Of a stretch of DNA of 64,000 nt, positions 59,049-64,000 are shown piece by piece; the stretch's first letter is position 1; every line of letters starts with the position of its first letter. The notes beneath the pieces were generated by a model, which made no database searches, was not told where the DNA came from, and was given only the letters and a program-made list of their open reading frames with translations. Origin of the DNA: Armatimonadota bacterium (GTDB lineage Bacteria > Armatimonadota > HRBIN16); the NCBI GenBank assembly GCA_963677485.1, contig OY781964.1, positions 4,832,001 to 4,896,000 on the forward strand, read 5' to 3'. The translations under genes were made by a program, and so were the position numbers.

Positions 59049-59915
59049 CTATAATCGCTTCTGGGCAAGCTTTTCGAGGTCATCCACCAGGCTATCCAGG
59101 TCATCAAGTGCACCTTGTGGCGGGAGAGGTACTGGCTTTTGAACAGATAACATCGGGCGTCCGCACTGCTTACATAGTTCCGCAGCCGGGTCAAACTTGG
59201 TCATGAGCATCAAGGTTGGTTTTTGCCCACACAAGCTACAAACCGCACCTCCAGTGCTGACTTGTGGCTTCCTGGGATTACTGCTCATAGTCACAAACAA
59301 TCCCGGCGCGCCTGCGATGGACTCATCTTTGCTGTACAGCGGAAAACTGATGGCACTGTTCGGGCAGACCCGGCTGCAAGCGGGACAACCCGGCTTACAG
59401 TTCTCTGGGTTGGTGGCAGTGACGCGGTGCTCAGCATCATACTCATACACATTGAAGATGCAGAACTGCAGGCAGTTTCCGCAGTTGGTGCATCGTGAGC
59501 CGTCCATCACCGGATACCACCTGTCGGTGACCTCCTCTGTGATTTCACTGAGCGATCCCACTGTAGCACCAAGCTCGTTGTGCGCATATAAAGCCCAGAC
59601 GGCTTCATAACACTCATCTTCAGACTGATACGCTGCCATGTTGAACACGTGCGATGCATCAATGCCGCATCCGTGTTTTTGAAGCAAGGCAGCGGCCGGC
59701 CGAGTGTGTATCCAGCTTAAAAATACGAACTCCGTCGAAACCACCGGTAATGAATCCCATACAGGTGAAGTTTCAGACAAGTGGTAACTATGGGGTATGA
59801 GCAGCACGTCGAAATGACCCGAAACCCTGCACTTTTCGGCAAGAGCGTCTTCGAACGAGTGGTGCATAAGATCACCAGTATTATCCCTGGAAATGACAAC
59901 GTGTATGCTATTCAT
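59049..59915 (-). CDS. Ferredoxin-domain protein (2x4Fe-4S plus C-terminal Cys pairs)
   Basis: RWYPVMD..RCTNCGNCLQFCIF, NCKPGCPACSRVCP, CSLC and CKQC motifs; acidic C-terminus DDLDSLVDDL. Confidence 0.8.
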   Translation of the reverse strand: MNSIHVVISRDNTGDLMHHSFEDALAEKCRVSGHFDVLLIPHSYHLSETSPVWDSLPVVSTEFVFLSWIHTRPAAALLQKHGCGIDASHVFNMAAYQSEDECYEAVWALYAHNELGATVGSLSEITEEVTDRWYPVMDGSRCTNCGNCLQFCIFNVYEYDAEHRVTATNPENCKPGCPACSRVCPNSAISFPLYSKDESIAGAPGLFVTMSSNPRKPQVSTGGAVCSLCGQKPTLMLMTKFDPAAELCKQCGRPMLSVQKPVPLPPQGALDDLDSLVDDLEKLAQKRL

Positions 59916-59990
59916 GATCTCATCCTGCGGGCTTTCTTTGGTCATGTGTGTGAAGAAGCTCGTGTTGTTTGTTGGGATTTCCTGGTGTTC

Positions 59991-60023
59991 TTGACATGGG
60001 TATTCGTCCAGTCTATTATAACA
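59991..60023. promoter_or_regulatory. Overlapping divergent sigma70 promoters
   Basis: Plus strand TTGACA(59991)-N17-TATTAT(60014-60019); minus strand extended -10 TGtTATAAT over 60015-60023. Confidence 0.6.
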
Positions 60024-60117
60024 TCGGGGGAGCATTATTGTACAGAGTATCAACACACGCAGCTAGTAAACGTATTACCCTCATTTCCCTTCAACGCGAA
60101 AGGCATGATTCCCGCAA

Positions 60118-61593
60118 ATGAAAACGGCACCGCTAGTCAAGGCCCTCCCGGCTATCGCCGCTGCTTTGTGCATCTACATGCTGGCTTACTGGTATACAAG
60201 CAACCAGCATTCAGTTCATGTCGTCAAGCGTATACCTGGTCAAGATTTGCAAGCAGCACAACCAGGTTCCAATGGGGCTGAGCAGGCGGTTCAACCAAAT
60301 GGTAATGCTGCCAGTCCAACAGCATCTGAAGGGACGGCCAATCCGGCAAAAACGGCCCCCAGCCAAGCTGCCTCGTCAGTCGCCGCGAATACTGTGGTTC
60401 CGGTGCTACCCGGCGAATGGCCGCGCTTCAGAGGGGCCCAGGATGACAACATCAACTCGGAAAAAGTAGCCTTGGGCACCAAATGGTCTACTGGGGCCCC
60501 TCCCCTGCTCTGGAACCTCGATGTGGGCGAAGGTCATGCCGCGGCAGCCATCAAGAACAGCCGTGTCTACATTTTGGACTACGACCGTACGGCTCAAGCG
60601 GATGTGCTGAAGTGCCTTGCCCTTTCCGACGGTAAAGAGCTGTGGAAATACTCCTATCCAGTGGCGCTTAAGCGAAACCACGGTATGTCCCGCACCATTC
60701 CTGCAGTGACAGATAAGTATGTGGTGACCATTGGGCCGAAGTGCAATGTGGTGTGCGCCGATCCGATGACCGGGCACGTGTTCTGGACACTGGACCTGGT
60801 GAAGGAATACAAAACGGAGGTTCCTCCATGGTATGCAGGCCAATGCCCGCTCATAGATGGCGACCGTGCCATCATCGCCCCTGGCGGGAGTTCTTTGATG
60901 GTGGGTATTGACTGTGCCACCGGTAAAGTCGCCTGGAAAACTCCAAATCCCAGGGCATGGAGCATGACACACTCGTCTATCACGCCAATGGTGTTCAAAG
61001 GCCAAAAGATATATGTCTATTGCGGAAGCGGTGGAGTAGTCGGTGTCTCTGCGAAAGACGGCTCGATCCTCTGGCAAACCACAGACTGGACGGTCAAGAT
61101 CGCCAACGTGCCATCGCCTGTGGTGGTGGGTAATGACCGCCTGTTCCTCAGCGGTGGATACAACGCAGGCTGTGCCATGCTGCAGCTTCAGTCCACAGGA
61201 AACAAGATCACCACTCATATACTTTACAAACTGCCTCCCACGGTCTTTGGATCAGACCAGCAAACACCTATTCTTTACAACGGCTATATCTATGGGGTCA
61301 TCCCAGGCGGCCAGTTGGCCTGCCTAGACCTTGATGGCAAAATCAAATGGACAAGCGGTGCCGCCTATCGGTTTGGTATCGGGCCTTATCTCATCGCCGA
61401 TGGCAAGATACTGGCATTGGATGATCTCGGGCTGCTCACCATCGCGGAATCATCACCTAAAGCTTTTCGGCCGCTGGCACAGGCCCGGCTTCTCGGCGGA
61501 CACGATTGCTGGGGGCCCATGGCGCTCGCTGGCGGACGCTTGATCGCCCGCGACCTCACTAAGATGGTCTGCGTGGATATCGCGAAACACTGA
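60118..61593 (+). CDS. Membrane-anchored PQQ-binding-like beta-propeller protein
   Basis: N-terminal TM helix; A/P-rich linker; GEWPRFRG, RNHGMSRTIP, PPWYAGQCP and WGPMAL motifs. Confidence 0.85.
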   Translation: MKTAPLVKALPAIAAALCIYMLAYWYTSNQHSVHVVKRIPGQDLQAAQPGSNGAEQAVQPNGNAASPTASEGTANPAKTAPSQAASSVAANTVVPVLPGEWPRFRGAQDDNINSEKVALGTKWSTGAPPLLWNLDVGEGHAAAAIKNSRVYILDYDRTAQADVLKCLALSDGKELWKYSYPVALKRNHGMSRTIPAVTDKYVVTIGPKCNVVCADPMTGHVFWTLDLVKEYKTEVPPWYAGQCPLIDGDRAIIAPGGSSLMVGIDCATGKVAWKTPNPRAWSMTHSSITPMVFKGQKIYVYCGSGGVVGVSAKDGSILWQTTDWTVKIANVPSPVVVGNDRLFLSGGYNAGCAMLQLQSTGNKITTHILYKLPPTVFGSDQQTPILYNGYIYGVIPGGQLACLDLDGKIKWTSGAAYRFGIGPYLIADGKILALDDLGLLTIAESSPKAFRPLAQARLLGGHDCWGPMALAGGRLIARDLTKMVCVDIAKH

Positions 61594-61628
61594 GCTATCT
61601 GTCATCACCACCGAGGGAGAATATAGAC

Positions 61629-62657
61629 GTGAACGAGCCACTTTTTCCTAACGGACCGAAATGGAATGGATCGACTGTGCTGAAGTTGGCAATCGTCATA
61701 TACATCATCATTGTTGGCACCGTAGTTATATGGTTGACATATAACCATGCGTCCAAACGCAGTGCAACTTCACCCTCAGGGTCAGCGTATGATGACCAGA
61801 TACGATTGCTGGGAAAAACAAACCCTAGCCAGGTAGGCTACACCGAATTAAAACAAATCCCCACTGGCTTGGCAGAGCCTCGCAACATCGCGTTGGATAA
61901 CAAAGGCAATCTGTATGTAGCAGGCGACTATTCCATTAAGGTGTTTGCACCTCAAGGCAATCCGCTGCGCGATATAGCCACCTCTGGCCAGCCGTATTGC
62001 CTGAGTGTAGACCAGAATGGCGATATCTACGTTGGCATGAAGGCGCATGTCGAAGTGCTGTCGTCCAAAGGTGAGAACATATCGGTCTGGCCCTCTCCCT
62101 CACCAAAATCGCACTTTACGGCACTTGCCGTCACGGATAAGGACGTGTGGGTGGCTGATGCGGTAAACAAGCAGATACTCCGATACAATAAAAATGGGGC
62201 CGTCACGGCCATTTTCGCACGTAAAGAGCCTGAAAAGAAGATTGAGGGATTGCTTGTGCCCAGCCCGTATTTGGATATAGCACCAGCAGAACAAGGTGCG
62301 ATATGGGTGGCGAATCCAGGTAAACACGAACTGGAGCTATACTCAGCCGATGGCAGCCTGAAGAAGCACTGGGGTAAGTTTGCTTTTTCCACTGAAGGGT
62401 TTTGCGGATGCTGCAACCCCACAAACATCGCTGTCACACCAGATGGGCGTTTCGTCACGAGCGAAAAAGGGATACCCCGGGTCAAGATATATCACGCAGA
62501 CGGGTCATTCCAATGCGTGGTTGCAGGATCGGAGTCATTCAAGCCTGATACCGCAGGGCTGGATTTGGCTGTAGCTTCAGACGGACGGATATATGTGCTC
62601 GACCCAGCCAATAAAACTGTTAGGATTTTCATAGAAAAGAACAAGGCCAGTCAATGA
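61629..62657 (+). CDS. Membrane-anchored NHL-repeat protein with a GCCNP motif
   Basis: TM helix; PRNIALDNKGNLYVA, VWVAD, GFCGCCNP and TSEKGIPRVK motifs. Confidence 0.8.
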   Translation: MNEPLFPNGPKWNGSTVLKLAIVIYIIIVGTVVIWLTYNHASKRSATSPSGSAYDDQIRLLGKTNPSQVGYTELKQIPTGLAEPRNIALDNKGNLYVAGDYSIKVFAPQGNPLRDIATSGQPYCLSVDQNGDIYVGMKAHVEVLSSKGENISVWPSPSPKSHFTALAVTDKDVWVADAVNKQILRYNKNGAVTAIFARKEPEKKIEGLLVPSPYLDIAPAEQGAIWVANPGKHELELYSADGSLKKHWGKFAFSTEGFCGCCNPTNIAVTPDGRFVTSEKGIPRVKIYHADGSFQCVVAGSESFKPDTAGLDLAVASDGRIYVLDPANKTVRIFIEKNKASQ

Positions 62658-62875
62658 AACAAAGTCAGACCATTAGCCGAAGTGAGTTCCTGAAAGACAT
62701 AGGCAGGGTGATTGTGGTAGGGGCATTTACCGCTGGGGTCGCCGCGTTGGTGAACAGACCTTCGCGTCCGCACGATACGTGTGTTAGTAATGGCATTTGC
62801 AGCCGGTGCAGTGGATTGCATGCCTGCGCCTTACCACAAGCAATGTCAGCAAGGCAAGGTCTATCAAGTAAGTAG
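62654..62875 (+). CDS. Small protein with a Tat-like leader/TM helix and a four-Cys cluster
   Basis: SRSEFLK, hydrophobic helix, CVSNGICSRCSGLHAC; ATGA overlap with the NHL gene. Confidence 0.6.
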   Translation: MKQSQTISRSEFLKDIGRVIVVGAFTAGVAALVNRPSRPHDTCVSNGICSRCSGLHACALPQAMSARQGLSSK

Positions 62876-62890
62876 CTTGAGCATTTAGTA

Positions 62891-63442
62891 ATGAAAATCA
62901 ACCGACGTGATCTCATCAAAAACAGTGTCTGGTATACTGGCCTGCTTGGTATAGCCGGGGGTCTGGGAGTCGCCTCAGGTAAAAGTGAATCGGCGACCGT
63001 CTGGCAGATCGATCCCAACAAGTGCATCAGTTGCGACAAGTGTTCTACCGCCTGCGTGCTCACTCCTTCCGCGGCCAAGTGCGTCCATGCCTACTCAATG
63101 TGTGGCTACTGTAAACTCTGCACAGGCTTCTTTGAACCAGACCCTAATGCGTTGAATACCGGAGCCGAAAACCAGCTTTGTCCTACTGGAGCCATCAAAC
63201 GCAGCTTCATCGAAGACCCATATTATGAATACGTCATCGATGAATCGCTGTGTATCGGATGTGCGATCTGCGTGAAAGGCTGCAACGCCTTTGGGAATGG
63301 GTCGCTGTTCATGCAGGTTCGCCATAACCGTTGCGTGAACTGTAACGAATGCGCCATTGCCAAGGTTTGTCCTGCCGATGCATTTTCCCGTGTCCCAATA
63401 GATCAGCCCTATTTACTCAAGACTAAAGAACAACAGAAATAA
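62891..63442 (+). CDS. Polyferredoxin with a twin-arginine-like leader
   Basis: NRRDLIK; CISCDKCSTAC, CGYCKLC, CIGCAICVKGC and CVNCNEC...CP motifs. Confidence 0.85.
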   Translation: MKINRRDLIKNSVWYTGLLGIAGGLGVASGKSESATVWQIDPNKCISCDKCSTACVLTPSAAKCVHAYSMCGYCKLCTGFFEPDPNALNTGAENQLCPTGAIKRSFIEDPYYEYVIDESLCIGCAICVKGCNAFGNGSLFMQVRHNRCVNCNECAIAKVCPADAFSRVPIDQPYLLKTKEQQK

Positions 63443-64000
63443 TGCGAAAATTCTGGCTCTGGATCGGCGCACTACTTAGCTGCACCATCACTACCTACGC
63501 TATTGAACGGTTCCCGCCGCCCGATTTTACTTCGGGATACAAAATTCATGTACCCACTACGCCTCCGGCCAGAGCTGATATCTATGGGTTCATCGACATC
63601 GCTGTGTTGGTTCTCGCACTGATGCTGGCGTCCTACTTCGTGATTTGGCGACGTTCACGCCGTGGTGTGGTGCTGCTGTCGGTGTTTTCGCTGATCTACT
63701 TTGGTTTCTACCGGCATGGCTGCATCTGTCCGATTGGCTCGATACAGAATGTGGCGTTGTCGCTAGGTGACGCCGGATATAAGTTACCGTTGCTTGCGGC
63801 GGTTTTTTTCTTTACTCCCCTTCTCTTTGCCTTTTTCGTGGGCCGGGTTTTCTGCGCAGCTGTCTGCCCTCTGGGGGCCATTCAAGATCTCTTTCTCAGA
63901 AAGCCGGTGAAGGTTCCTGAGTGGCTGGCCCAGCCGTTGTCGCTCCTCCCTTGGATATACCTGGGCGCCGCGGTTTTATTCGCCGCCACGAACACCGCAT
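63442..64000 (+). CDS. 4Fe-4S-binding polytopic membrane protein (NapH/NosR-like), truncated at the window end
   Basis: Not in the ORF track; manual translation gives MRKFWLW...ERFPPPDF...YFGFYRHGCICPIGSIQN...GRVFCAAVCPLGAIQD; TAATG overlap with the ferredoxin. Confidence 0.82.
   Translation, partial: MRKFWLWIGALLSCTITTYAIERFPPPDFTSGYKIHVPTTPPARADIYGFIDIAVLVLALMLASYFVIWRRSRRGVVLLSVFSLIYFGFYRHGCICPIGSIQNVALSLGDAGYKLPLLAAVFFFTPLLFAFFVGRVFCAAVCPLGAIQDLFLRKPVKVPEWLAQPLSLLPWIYLGAAVLFAATNTA

Noticed and set aside
1-64000. Genome-wide TAG reassignment (genetic code 15) or pyrrolysine use
   Set aside because: Many genes end at TAG at the expected family C-terminus (for example 4777, 6470, 7837, 28292, 49192). 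Only one internal TAG was found and no pyl genes are in the window.

Overview
Bacterial chromosomal window of moderately high GC from an anaerobe with many secreted glycoside hydrolases and beta-propellers; an Armatimonadota/PVC-like lineage is only a guess. Standard genetic code; no rRNA, tRNA or CRISPR array was seen. From left to right it holds: (1) a partial large protein with MORN-like repeats; (2) a NikMNQO-type ECF nickel transporter with a NikR-like operator; (3) ygiD; (4) a deacylase/dehydrogenase/aminotransferase/SIS operon whose aminotransferase has an in-frame amber codon; (5) a REP doublet; (6) a ~12.7 kb Wood-Ljungdahl carbonyl-branch operon (cooC, mesB-like, cooC, acsA, an acsB-acsD fusion, acsC, acsV, stand-alone homocysteine methyltransferase) with no acsE; (7) GH20, GH2, DUF4838 and GH42-like genes; (8) an AAA_21 ATPase + DUF4276 pair next to an atypical IS-like element with a Rep_trans-like motif; (9) a UroD-family gene with a sugar ABC transporter; (10) a ychF paralog; (11) a ~15 kb divergent locus combining a ferredoxin, a GrsA/B-like radical SAM enzyme, a squalene-hopene-cyclase-like protein, a DUF116-polyprenyl synthase, a prenyltransferase-beta-fold protein and a GT4 with PQQ-like propellers, an NHL protein and Fe-S membrane proteins. 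The best candidates for undescribed biology are the terpenoid/radical-SAM locus, the AcsB-AcsD fusion operon (apparently wired to methionine synthesis) and the IS-like element. All family calls come from reading motifs by eye, not from database searches.
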